In this document: positions 35,506-45,458 of the stretch, piece after piece
Numbering within the stretch: position 1 is the stretch's first letter
Layout: every line of letters begins with the position of its first letter
From: an uncultured Pseudomonadota bacterium
Lineage (GTDB): Bacteria > Oederibacteriota > Muellerivitia > Muellerivitales > Muellerivitaceae
Reading direction: 5' to 3'
NCBI GenBank assembly: GCA_963843375.1
Contig: CAWJKT010000004.1
Coordinates: 500,528-564,527, forward strand
Length of the DNA: 64,000 nt
Translations under genes and position numbers: made by a program
Notes under the pieces: generated by a model
The model's input: only the letters and a program-made list of their open reading frames with translations
The model's database searches: none
Told to the model about the DNA's origin: nothing

Positions 35506-36021
35506 ATGAGGAAGGACGTGCGTCTGCTGTTTGCTGTCGTGCTTACCGCGGGCTGTTCCAGGACGAGCGCGTCACCCCCGTCCGACGACCACGAGGCGAA
35601 GGCCGAACCGCGAGCGGAACGTCCGGGTCTCGGGGAGGTCATGGTGCAGGTGGGGCGGCGCTTCGAGGTGGCCGGACGGGCGGCTTCGGCGAACCGCTTC
35701 GAGCTGGCCGCATTCGAGGCCGACGAACTCGGAGAGCTGTTCGAAAACGACGTGCCACGCGCGAGCTTGCCCAAGGAAGGACCAACGGCGCAGATTCCGG
35801 CGATGGCCAAGGCCTTCCTGGACGCAATCCCGCCGGAGCTGAACAGGGCGGCGGCATCTAGGGATCGTGCCGCGTTCGCCCTCGCCTTTCAGCACGCGGC
35901 GGCCATGTGCAATGCCTGCCACAAGTCGGCCGCGAAGGGATTCATCCAGGTGCCGTCGGTTCCTGGTCAGTCCGTGCCCATGCTCGACCCGCTCCCGCCC
36001 CCTTCTGGCTCGAGCCGATGA
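35506..36021 (+). CDS. Lipoprotein c-type cytochrome (class II / c'-like)
   Basis: Lipobox TAGC; helical body; single C-terminal CNACH heme motif. Confidence 0.75.
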   Translation: MRKDVRLLFAVVLTAGCSRTSASPPSDDHEAKAEPRAERPGLGEVMVQVGRRFEVAGRAASANRFELAAFEADELGELFENDVPRASLPKEGPTAQIPAMAKAFLDAIPPELNRAAASRDRAAFALAFQHAAAMCNACHKSAAKGFIQVPSVPGQSVPMLDPLPPPSGSSR

Positions 36022-36452
36022 TCGGCTGAGCGCAGCCGACTGCGGCCCCGGGTCGACTGGCTCAGAATATCGGCCCGCACCGAGCCGGACATGTCGTCGG
36101 CGATCGATCTCACCGAACACGATGAAGCGCAAGCACGCCGCGCGAACCGAAAAACATTCCGGACGATACGCGAAAGATCGCCGGACGAACAGGTAGCGAG
36201 CAAGGGGACCATGAACGGCAATCTGCGTCGCATGCGGAGGTCGCAGAGCACGCGGCGTGACCGCGTCGATTGTTGCGGCGACGCGGCCATGGCCCGCATC
36301 GTTTGGGCTCGCAGAGGAGGCGCGTTGAACCCACAGCCGCGAGCAAGCCAACGGCGGTGTGGCACGCGATGGCAGATTCAGGGGGTAGTCTGAGGAGGCC
36401 CGCGCTGGTCCTGGACTTGCCGTGATCTGGCCGGGCGACTGAGAGGCCTCTC

Positions 36453-37172
36453 ATGGTGAAGAAGAACCGATCGTTCGTCGCGTTGGCCGTTTCGCTTGCG
36501 GCGCCGGCCCTGACGGGCTGCAGCAGTCCGCCGCCCGTCGCGGCGGCAGACGCGGGGAGCGATTCGCAAAGCACGTCGGGCTCCGGGGGTTCTTCGTCCG
36601 GTTCCTCGGGCTCGTCGAGCTCCGGCGGATCCGGCCTCAAGTGGTACTTCACGTGCGGCGACCCCGTATGCCACGTGCCCTCGGGCGATGCCGGCGGCCT
36701 GACCGACGACGCGGGCGTCCCCTGCCCCGACATCGGCTCGAGCTGCTCGGCGGCGGGCGAGCAATGCGGGACGCGCAACCCAGATTTCAACTGCGGCGCC
36801 GTCGAGCAGTGCGATACGCATGATCCCACGATGAACCCCGGCGGTTGCCCCATCTCCAGCCGCGCCTTCAAGGACGGCATCCGGTACGTCGACGGCGCCG
36901 GCCTCGAGCAGCTCCACGACGAGACCCTTCGCCTTCGACTCGCGACGTACCGCTACAAGCCCGAGGTGTCAGACCCGAGCCGCGAGCACCTCGGGTTCAT
37001 CATCGAGGACACACCGCCGACGAGCCCCGCGGTCGACGCCCGGCGCGATCACGTCGACCTGTACGGATACATGAGCATGCTGGTGGCGACCATGCAGGTC
37101 CAGGACAAGGAGATCGCCGACCTTCGCCGCGAGCTCGCGGTAGCGCGCGGTGGGAACCGGTGCCCTCAATGA
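36453..37172 (+). CDS. Cys-rich lipoprotein with a C-terminal peptidase S74 (tail-fibre intramolecular chaperone) domain
   Basis: Lipobox LTGC; S/G linker; Cys-rich module; then ISSRAFKDGI, YRYK, HLGFIIED, VDLYG..SMLVATMQ and a coiled coil. Confidence 0.8.
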   Translation: MVKKNRSFVALAVSLAAPALTGCSSPPPVAAADAGSDSQSTSGSGGSSSGSSGSSSSGGSGLKWYFTCGDPVCHVPSGDAGGLTDDAGVPCPDIGSSCSAAGEQCGTRNPDFNCGAVEQCDTHDPTMNPGGCPISSRAFKDGIRYVDGAGLEQLHDETLRLRLATYRYKPEVSDPSREHLGFIIEDTPPTSPAVDARRDHVDLYGYMSMLVATMQVQDKEIADLRRELAVARGGNRCPQ

Positions 37173-37577
37173 CGGCGCGCATCCGAGTCGGGCTCTCACG
37201 CCCCGAAGGTGCCCAGCCCCTTCACGCCCTCGCTGTGGCGGCGGTCACGGCTGGCTCTGCTCGGACGCTGCGTCGTTCATCGCGGGGGCGGTGCCCCAAT
37301 CGATGGCGCCCGACTCGCGGGAGCAGCCTGGGCCACCGTGGCACCGCCTCGTGGCCTCCGGCGTTCGCCACCGTGCCCCCCTCCCTCGTCGTCGTCGCGA
37401 TCGTTTACACGACGCTGTTCGTCGCGTCGTCGTCACGACAGTGATAACAGGAGGCGAGCACTTCCTGTCATGATTCCGAGGCCGAGTTGCGGTCCACGCG
37501 ACCCTACGGCCAGCTCAGGCTCCGGCGGGACCTGAACTTTGCCCGAACCGTGGACCGACCTTAATATCTTGGCCGCC

Positions 37578-37994
37578 ATGCCCTCCCTTCGCAGCCAGCT
37601 CGACGCGCTCGCCGCCAATTTCGCCAACCAGGTCCTCGCCGCCCTGCAGGGCGCATCGCTCCATGAACTCGTGTCGGGGGGAGGAAGCACGGTCGCTAAC
37701 GGCCGTCGGGGACCGGTAGCCCGTGGGGGCGTTACGTCTGACCCGCTCGCAACTCCGGCGAAGAGGGGAAAGAACGGGCGTCTCCCCCGCCGCTCGGACG
37801 AACAGATCCTGGCGGCGCTCAACAAGATCGTCCTGCTCGTGAAGACGCACAAGGACGGCCTCCGAGCCGAGGAGATCCGCTCGAAGCTCGGCCTGCTGCC
37901 GAAGGAGATGCCCCGTATCCTGAAGGAGGGCATCTCGACGAAGAAGCTCACGAGCAGGGGTCAAAAGCGGGCGACGACGTACATCGCCCGGTAG
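37578..37994 (+). CDS. Small basic DNA-binding protein (helical N-terminus, basic linker, wHTH)
   Basis: GRLPRRS...GLRAEEIRSKLG...GQKRATTY; K/R-rich. Confidence 0.75.
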   Translation: MPSLRSQLDALAANFANQVLAALQGASLHELVSGGGSTVANGRRGPVARGGVTSDPLATPAKRGKNGRLPRRSDEQILAALNKIVLLVKTHKDGLRAEEIRSKLGLLPKEMPRILKEGISTKKLTSRGQKRATTYIAR

Positions 37995-38143
37995 CGGTCG
38001 TCATCTGGGCAGCGCAAGCGTCGTCGCCGGGCTCTCGAAGCATGTCCGAGCTCCACCCGCACCTCGTCCGTGAGTGTCAGCGGTTCAGTCCGCGAGACGT
38101 CGACACCGATCTCACGCCGCATCACTGCCATCATGAACGAAGA

Positions 38144-38962
38144 TCATGAGAGGCGTCGGTGCGACGTGGGGACATCACTCGCCGCGAGGGAAGGCACTCG
38201 CGATGCTTCGGTGGTCGATGCCGTACCCTCGTCACGCCCGTGGCCACGGACCGTTCTGCTGAGCGTCGCCCCGGCCGCCAGGGGCCGCAAACGGCCGATC
38301 CGGTGAGCGGGAGCCGCAAGCGCGACCGCGCGAAGCCGGCGGATCGCGGAAACGTTCGCAGCCACGGCGATCAGCCCCACGGCAATGACGACAGGGCAAT
38401 ACTCTACCGAGGGTCGCAATCCGAAGCGGAGTATTCCCAGCCGCGAGGCGGCCGTGAGGGCGACGCCCGCCCATAGTACGGCCGCGCGTTCGGGACGTCG
38501 CATCATGCTCGGCGGCACGGGGACGCCGGCCGCTTCCGCTTTGGCGCTCCCGTAGCTCACCATGAACGAGCCGACCAGCGCGACGAGCACGAGCTCCAGC
38601 ACCGGCAGGCTCTCGCGAAAGAAAGCGCCGAGGCCGCCCAGCGCGAAGGCCTCCTGATAGCGGTCCGCCGCGGCGTCGAAAAGAGCGCCGGCGGTCGAGG
38701 CGGTGTGCGTTCGCCTCGCGACAGGCCCGTCCAGCGCATCGCCCACGCACGCGACGAGCAACCCGCAGGTCGCCCATCCGAAGTCGCCGTGCGCGAGGGC
38801 GATTCCGGACGCTGCCCCCACGAGAAGGGCGCAACCGGTGACGGTGTTGGCGGACACCCCAGTCGCAACCAGTGCGTCGACCAGCGGGAGCGTGGCCGTC
38901 GTGAACGCGGCGCGGACACAGCTCCTCGCGCGGCCGGGACTGGCTGCCCTCCCTGGCGTCAC
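38144..38962 (-). CDS. CDP-alcohol phosphatidyltransferase family protein
   Basis: SANTVT, DALDGPVAR...GALFDAAADR (DxxDGxxAR..G..DxxxD), SFMVSY, MRRPER. Confidence 0.9.
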   Translation of the reverse strand: MTPGRAASPGRARSCVRAAFTTATLPLVDALVATGVSANTVTGCALLVGAASGIALAHGDFGWATCGLLVACVGDALDGPVARRTHTASTAGALFDAAADRYQEAFALGGLGAFFRESLPVLELVLVALVGSFMVSYGSAKAEAAGVPVPPSMMRRPERAAVLWAGVALTAASRLGILRFGLRPSVEYCPVVIAVGLIAVAANVSAIRRLRAVALAAPAHRIGRLRPLAAGATLSRTVRGHGRDEGTASTTEASRVPSLAASDVPTSHRRLS

Positions 38963-39423
38963 GGGGCAGCCCTCACCGTCTCGCGCGGCGCCGCGGGGGG
39001 AGTGTGCACGACCAGCACGTTGCGACGCGCCCTGTTGACGACGTTGGCTGCGGTGGTTCCAAGAAGACGATCGATGCCCTTGTAGCCGTGGCTACCGATG
39101 ACGATGAGATCGGCGTCGAGCTCATCCGCCACTTCCAGGATGACGCGCCATGCCTCACCCGTGCGCACGATCGGCTCTTGGAGGTCCACCTCGGGATTCC
39201 GCCCCTCGAAGTGCCGGAGAGCCTCGAGCGCGCTGTTCGCCAGGAACGTCGACAGCGGATCGGCAAGACTGCCGGCTGCAGCAGCGGGGAACTCCGGAGG
39301 AATCGACACGACGCGAAGCGGGTGGAGCCTCGCGGCGAAGCGCCCCGCGATCTCGGAGGCCGCGTCGAAGACCCCCTCCGTGCGCGACGAACTGTCGAGC
39401 GCGACCAATACTCGGGCGATCAC
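38959..39423 (-). CDS. Universal stress protein
   Basis: VLVALDSS, ADLIVIGSHG..LGTTAANVV..NVLVV; 4-bp overlaps with both neighbours. Confidence 0.92.
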   Translation of the reverse strand: MIARVLVALDSSSRTEGVFDAASEIAGRFAARLHPLRVVSIPPEFPAAAAGSLADPLSTFLANSALEALRHFEGRNPEVDLQEPIVRTGEAWRVILEVADELDADLIVIGSHGYKGIDRLLGTTAANVVNRARRNVLVVHTPPAAPRETVRAAP

Positions 39424-42400
39424 GCGTGCACCTCGGCGAGGGGCCCCTCGGGCGCGTGGTCGTCGTCGGCAACTCTCCTCTTCGCGAAGAACAGGAACAT
39501 CACCGGCACGAGGAAGAGCGACAACACCGTCGACGAGGTGAGGCCGCCCACCACGGCGAGCGCCAGCGGCTGGTTGGCCTCGGACCCTCGCTCGAGCCCC
39601 ATCGCGGTCGGAATCAGTCCGATGACCGTGGCGAGGCTGGTCATCGCGATCGGCACGAACCGCGATCGGGCCGCCGCCACGATGGCGTCGACCTTCTCGG
39701 CGCCTTCGTCCTCGAAGCGGCGGTTCGCGTCGTCCACGAGCAGGATCCCGTTGGAGACGGCGATGCCGATGACCATCAGGATTCCCATGAGCGCGGTGAT
39801 CGAGAAGCCCTGCCCCGCGGCCATGAGCGCCAGAACGATGCCGGTGAGCGAAACGGGGATCGTGAAGAGCATGACGAACGGAAGCCGCAGCGACTTGAAC
39901 TGCGAGGCCATGATCATGAAGACGACCATGACCGCGAGCCCCAGCGCGAGCCCGAGCCCCGAGAACGTGGTGCGCATCAAGTCGACCTGACCGACGAAGC
40001 GATAGTCGACATGGCGAGTCCGTGGATCCGACTTGAGCGCCGCCTCCAGGGAGTCGGCGGCGGATCCGATGTCACGCCCTTCGGTCTGCATGAGCACGTG
40101 GGCGACGCGCGAGAGGTGATTCCTCTCCACGGCGACGGCGCCCACGTCGCGCCGGATATTGCCATATGCCCCGAGGAGAACGGGGTTACCCTGAGGGCTC
40201 ACGCGAATCGGGATCCCCCCGAGCGCCCGCGTGTCCGGCACCTGGGTTCCGTCATAGAATGTGACGACGTAATAAGACTGACCATTGTTCGAGTCGATCC
40301 AGACGCCCGGGGTGTTGATGTTGCCAAGCGTCGCGTCGAGCGTGGTCTGCGCCGCGTCGCGTACGTTCGTTCCGACGAGCCCCGCCTCTTCCCGGTTCGT
40401 GTCGACATGGATCTCGGGGTAGTCGATCTGAAGGGACTCCTTCACATCGCGGATGCCCGGGATCGTCCGGGCCACCTCGGCCACGGCCTTCGCTTCCTCG
40501 TCCAGCTGGGCGAGGTTGTCGTTGTGGACTTCGACCACGAACGGCGCCGTGTACCCGTTCGCGAAGACGCTGGCCACGAGCCCGCCCGGATACTGCAGCA
40601 CTTCCACGCCGGGAAAGTCTCTGGTGAGGATGGCGCGGGCGCGGGTCGCAATGTCGGACTGCGAGAGCGTTCGCTTCTCGGGATCGGAGAAGGCGATGCG
40701 CATGTAACCGGTGTTGGGGGCCACGTTCGGGCTCACCAGGAGGCTACGGGCATTCTGGGGCATTCCGACGTTCGCCACCACCATCTCGACCGTGCCCTCG
40801 GGGAGTTCCCGGGTGAGGGCGTGACCCATCTCGGTCATCTCCTTTGCCGCGTTCTCGACGGAGACACCCGGAGCGAAGCGGACGTACAGCATGTCCATCG
40901 CCTCGTCGATCTCGGGGAAGAAGGTGCTCGGGAGTCTGGCCGCGGCCCACCCCGAAGCGGCGACCAGGACGAAGGCGGCGGCGACGATGGTGAACCGGAA
41001 CGGGAGCACGACCCGAAGCGACCGCGAGTAGCCGTCCGCGATCCGATCGATCACGCCTTCGACGGCTTTGCCGAAGCGCCCGTGTTCGGCATGGCCGAGG
41101 AAGTACCGACAGGCGACCGGCGTCACCGCCATACTGACGAAGTACGATGCGATCATGGCGACGGCGACGGTGATCGCGAGCGGTGCAAAAAGCTTGCGCG
41201 CGAGGCCGGCGAGGAGCACGACGGGAAGCAAGACCGCCATCGTGGTCAGGGTGGAAGCGAGCACGGGAAGCGCGACGGCGTTGGTCCCCTTCAGCGCGGC
41301 TTCGGCGGTGCTCATGCCCATCCGCTGATGGCGGTGAATCGATTCGAGCACGACGACGGCGTCGTCCACGAGACGTCCCATGGCCAGCGTAAGGCCGCCG
41401 AGCGTGAACGCGTTCAGCGTCTGGCCCGTCGAGTAGAGGACGATGAGCGTGATCGCGAACGACAGCGGGATCGCGACGGAGACGATCATCGTCCCGCGAA
41501 CGCTCTGCAGGAAGAGCAGGATGACCATTGCGATGAGGAAGAGTGCCTGGATGATCTCCTTCTTCAGGCCGTGGTAGGCGGTCCTGACGAAGAGCGATTG
41601 GTCGAAGTAGACCTTGGCCTGCATCCCGGGCGGCAGATCGCTCAGGCCCTCGACGACCTTCTTGACCGCGTCCACGATCTCGATCGTGTTTCCACCGGGA
41701 ATGCGCAGGACGTTGAGAAGGACCGCGTCCCTGCCCGTTGACCGACACGATCTGGGTCTCGGGAGTTCCACTGTCCTCGACCCGGGCGACGTCCTTGATG
41801 AGCACGGGCTTGTCGCCGACGACCTTCACCGGGGCATCACCGATGGTCGAGACGCGCTTCGGGATGGCGTTCGTGTAGACGTTCGCGTCGAAGTTCGGGG
41901 AGATGAACTCGCCGGAGGGCAGGAGGGCGTTCGACCGCGCGGCCGCAGCGGCGATATCTTGCGCGGTCACACGGCGAGCTTGAGCCTTCGTGGGATCGAC
42001 GACGACATTGATCTGTCGCTGCCGACCGCCGTCCGGTGCGGCGCTCGCTACCCCGGAGATCCCTTCGAGCAGCGGCTCGATGTTGTTGAAGGCGTAGTCG
42101 TAGAGCTGCGGTCCGGTATATCCGGCGCCGCTCACGACGACCTGGCAGACAGGCGCGTTGGAAGGATCGTACTGGAGGACGAAGGGAGGGAGCACGCCCA
42201 GAGACTTCGGGATGGCCGCCATCGCGAAGCCGGCCTGGGATTGCACCAGGGTCTGCGCCGCGTTCAAGTCGGTTCCCCACTTGAGCCAGACGTAGATGAC
42301 GCTGAAGTTGTTGCGCGAGAGACTCTCGACGTGGTCCACGCCTGGTGTGGCGCTGACATACTTCTCCAGGCGCCAGCTGATCGTCTTCTCGACGTCGCGT

Positions 42401-42561
42401 GCCGCGAGACCGGGCGCGAGGGTGCCGATGATCGAGACCGGCGGGGTGAGCTCCGGGAAAGTGTCGACCGCCATCCGCGGCGTCACGACGCCGGCGAAGA
42501 CAACGAGGCCGAGGCAAAGCATCAGGACCGCGATCGGGTTGCGCAATGACAGCGACGTCAT
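39420..42561 (-). CDS. RND efflux permease (AcrB/CusA superfamily), copy 1; one frameshift near 41735
   Basis: LRNP, DTFPEL, AIPLS, LNAFTLGGL..GRLVDDAVVVLE, GIAVSNGILLVD, RFVPIAMTSL, PLALAVVGGL. Confidence 0.93.
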
Positions 42562-43808
42562 GGTTTGACCTCCGCGCGCGCGTCTTGCGCGGCGGCGTCC
42601 GGCGCGGCGGTCGGCACGGCGCTGTGCCCGGTCTCGGCCTCCGTGACGGTCACACGGTCTCCGTCGGCCAGGAGCGCCCGTCCTTCCGTCACGACGTTCA
42701 CCCCTGGAGCAAGCGCGGTCTCGAGGTAGAGCTCGCTGCCTTCCTCTCCTTGCACGGCGAACGTCTTCTTCCTGGCGATTCCGTCTTCGACGACGAACAG
42801 GGCCGCCTTGGAGCCGGAGATCGAGGCCGCCGTGAGAGGCACCGCGGTGGCGGGTTTGGGGGTACCGACCTGGATTCGAACCTCCCCGGTCGTGTTGACC
42901 GGGATCTCGCGGGTTGCGTTGTCGAGATCGACCTCGACGTGCACCGTCCGCGTGTCGGGATCAGCGGCCGGCGAGCGTCGAGCCACCGCGCCGACGACTT
43001 GTTTGCCCGTCGCCAGGACGTTGATCGACACCGGCGTCTTTGCAGCAACGGAGTCGAAGTCGATCTCCGGGACGTCGAAGGTCATCCGGACCGTGTTCCG
43101 ATCCACCAGTGTCACGAGAGAAGCGCCAGGCCGGACGAAGGCGCCGGGATCGATCGAGCGGACCGAGATCTCCCCGTCGAAGGGGGCACGCATGATGCAG
43201 TCGCCTACAGCCAAGCTCGTGGCCGCGAGCTTCGCCTTCTGCGACGCCAGTTGTGCTTCCTCCGCCGCGCTCTGAGATTGCTTCTGCTCGGCTTCGTTCG
43301 GCGAGACGTATCCGCCGTCCAGCAGGGTATTGAACCGCGCCGACTCGTCGGCGATGGCCTTCTGCCGGGCATCGATGGCCCGCGCCTCGGCGGCGACGGC
43401 CTGGCTCGAAGCGCTCGCGTTACGGCAATCGAGGGTCGCGAGCACGTCGTTGCGTTTGGCGACCGCGCCCGGCCGAACGAGCACGGTGTCGACGTAGGCG
43501 GACACGAACTGAGGCCCGACGTTGGCTTCGACCCAGGGGCGCAGCGTCCCGATATAGGTGTGCGTCTCTCGATATTGCGCTCCGCGGGCGGCGACGGCGG
43601 TCACGGGCTTCGGCTCGGACGACATCGGGACCTTGTTGATCCGCGCCTCCGCCCGATGGACGAGCAGGCCGCCCGCACCGATGATGAGCAGAACACCCGC
43701 GGCAATGCCGGTCGGAATCAGGCGTGACGCTCTCCTGACGCCGGGCGGCCCTTGGGCGGGTTCGGAGTCGTGACGTGTCGAAGGACCGGGCAAGACGGCG
43801 TTCTCCAT
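42558..43808 (-). CDS. RND periplasmic adaptor (MFP), copy 1
   Basis: N-terminal TM; VRPGAVAKRNDVLATLD, RAPFDG, ADPDTRT, VVTEG. Confidence 0.92.
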   Translation of the reverse strand: MENAVLPGPSTRHDSEPAQGPPGVRRASRLIPTGIAAGVLLIIGAGGLLVHRAEARINKVPMSSEPKPVTAVAARGAQYRETHTYIGTLRPWVEANVGPQFVSAYVDTVLVRPGAVAKRNDVLATLDCRNASASSQAVAAEARAIDARQKAIADESARFNTLLDGGYVSPNEAEQKQSQSAAEEAQLASQKAKLAATSLAVGDCIMRAPFDGEISVRSIDPGAFVRPGASLVTLVDRNTVRMTFDVPEIDFDSVAAKTPVSINVLATGKQVVGAVARRSPAADPDTRTVHVEVDLDNATREIPVNTTGEVRIQVGTPKPATAVPLTAASISGSKAALFVVEDGIARKKTFAVQGEEGSELYLETALAPGVNVVTEGRALLADGDRVTVTEAETGHSAVPTAAPDAAAQDARAEVKP

Positions 43809-43810
43809 TT

Positions 43811-45241
43811 TCAATCAAGACCTTCCGCAATCGCGCGTCCGAAGGCAGCCCGAGAGCGCGCGAGCTCGAACACTCCGAGCGCGAGCTCAATTTCGGCGTC
43901 GGTCCGGACCGCCTCGGCATCAGCAAGCTCGACGGCGTTGCCGATTCCAGCTCGGAATCGCGCGTCGGCCTGGTCGTAGTTTGCGTGGGCGGCGACGACC
44001 TCGTTCCTCAGAGCTCCGAGGGCGGTGTTGGCCACCTGGACCTGCACGTAAGTCCTTCGAACGTCGGCCGTCTCCTGTTCGCGCATCAGGTCGATCTCGT
44101 CGCGGCGCACCTGCTCGAGGGCGCGTGCCGCCTTCTCTCGGGCCGAGATCGTCCCGTCGAAGAGAGGCCAGGTGATGATGAGCCCCGCGTCCCAGTTCGG
44201 CACGTTGGGCACCCAGCCGTCGCCGTTGGCGGTCGATCCCGAGGACGAGGGCGCGCCTCCCGCGCGTCCAGAGAGCGTCGCGGTCAGAGAGAGATCGGGC
44301 CGGAGCTCGGCGCCGACCGCGCGGGTGCTCTCCTCGGCGGCCTTGAGCTGGGCTAGCGTCTCGGCGAGTCGCGGATCGCGCTGCTGCGCGAGCTGGAGCG
44401 CTTCGGTGAGTGCAGGCATGTCCGCGGGTGCGGGCGCCTCTCCCCCGGCGTCGACCGCCGGATCGGGCGCTCCGATCGCGGCCGACAGGACGACCTGGGC
44501 GACGGCCACTCCTCCGCGAGCCCGAACGCGACCCACGTCGAATCGATCGAGGTCGGCCTCGGCGCGGGTGAGCTCGATGGGCGATCGCAGGCCCGCATCG
44601 ACGCCCCGCTTGGCCAGATCGCGATGAACGCGCGATCGCTCGTACGCATCGTCCGATGCCTTGACGACCGCCTTGGCGGCGAGGACCGAGAAGTACGCCT
44701 CCTCGACTCCGAAATCGATGTCCAGGCGGTCGGTGTCGGCGCGGTGCCTCTCCACCTCGGTCTGCGCGTCGGCCGCGGCGCGTTGCGCCCCGATGCGGCC
44801 GAAGTCGAAGACCTCCTGCAGCAACCCGGCCCCGACGAGCGTCGACGGATAAGGAGAGAAGCTCCCCGTCGCCCGCGCCGGCGTACCGCCGATGCGAGGC
44901 AGATCCATGAACGCGGGCTGCTGGTAGGTTCCGGTGGTGTTGTTCGCGGTCATCGCGAAGATCTGTCCGGTCACGGCGATCGTCGGGAGCCACTGACCGC
45001 TGGGAACCTTCGCTTCCTGGATGCGCTCGGACACGCGTGCGAGCGCAGCCCGAATCGCGGGCTGATGGGTCCGCGCATAGTCGAGCGCCTGCGCCATGGT
45101 CAGCACCCGCGTCGGCTGAGGGGCGTCGATGGCAGGCGGCGGCGCGGACTCGGATTCGGCACGCGCACTGCGGTGGGAAAGGAGGAGCGAGAGCCCGGCT
45201 GCGCCGAACAACACGATGATGCAGCGGCGGCAGTAGCCCAT
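43811..45241 (-). CDS. TolC-family outer-membrane efflux protein
   Basis: LTMAQAL..A...QP, VFDFG, AYFSVL, WPLFDG, RFRAG..NAVELADA; start uncertain (45241 or 45259). Confidence 0.9.
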   Translation of the reverse strand: MGYCRRCIIVLFGAAGLSLLLSHRSARAESESAPPPAIDAPQPTRVLTMAQALDYARTHQPAIRAALARVSERIQEAKVPSGQWLPTIAVTGQIFAMTANNTTGTYQQPAFMDLPRIGGTPARATGSFSPYPSTLVGAGLLQEVFDFGRIGAQRAAADAQTEVERHRADTDRLDIDFGVEEAYFSVLAAKAVVKASDDAYERSRVHRDLAKRGVDAGLRSPIELTRAEADLDRFDVGRVRARGGVAVAQVVLSAAIGAPDPAVDAGGEAPAPADMPALTEALQLAQQRDPRLAETLAQLKAAEESTRAVGAELRPDLSLTATLSGRAGGAPSSSGSTANGDGWVPNVPNWDAGLIITWPLFDGTISAREKAARALEQVRRDEIDLMREQETADVRRTYVQVQVANTALGALRNEVVAAHANYDQADARFRAGIGNAVELADAEAVRTDAEIELALGVFELARSRAAFGRAIAEGLD

Positions 45242-45260
45242 GACTTGCGCGGGTCGCATA

Positions 45261-45277
45261 AGCAGCTCCTGTGCCCC
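45261..45277 (-). promoter_or_regulatory. Candidate sigma-54 promoter of the tolC-mfp-rnd-usp-CDP-transferase operon
   Basis: GGGGCACAGGAGCTGCT: GGCAC at -24 and TGCT at -12 with exact GG-N10-GC spacing. Confidence 0.6.
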
Positions 45278-45328
45278 GGCTTCGCCCCGCGCAAGTCTCG
45301 GGATTTCCGGTGATCCGCGCCCTTCCCG

Positions 45329-45366
45329 ACCGGGAAATTTTCCCGGTACCGGGAGAAATTTCTCCC
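45329..45366. promoter_or_regulatory. Tandem palindromes, candidate regulator/enhancer sites
   Basis: ACCGGGAAA-T-TTTCCCGGT (45329-45347) and GGGAGAAATTTCTCCC (45351-45366), between divergent operons. Confidence 0.7.
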
Positions 45367-45458
45367 TGCTCCCAATCCCGCAGGCGTTCCCGCCCTCGAT
45401 CTCGCGAGAGATTGCGACGGCCGACCCTGGCGCGACGGTTGCTTGACGAACGCTTTTG

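Noticed and set aside
36360..36374. TGGCACGCGATGGCA as a sigma-54 promoter
   Set aside because: The GG-GC spacing is 9 rather than 10.
37169..37444. ORF coupled to the S74 gene stop, with a hydrophobic C-terminus
   Set aside because: Arg-rich, low-information sequence; cannot be supported as a gene.
39150..41741. Long antisense ORFs (also 19545-21719, 7863-10031, 59910-61919 and others)
   Set aside because: Shadow frames of high-GC genes on the opposite strand, with no motifs.
42871..42885. tRNA T-loop-like sequence (GGATTCGAACC)
   Set aside because: It lies inside the MFP coding region and has no cloverleaf.
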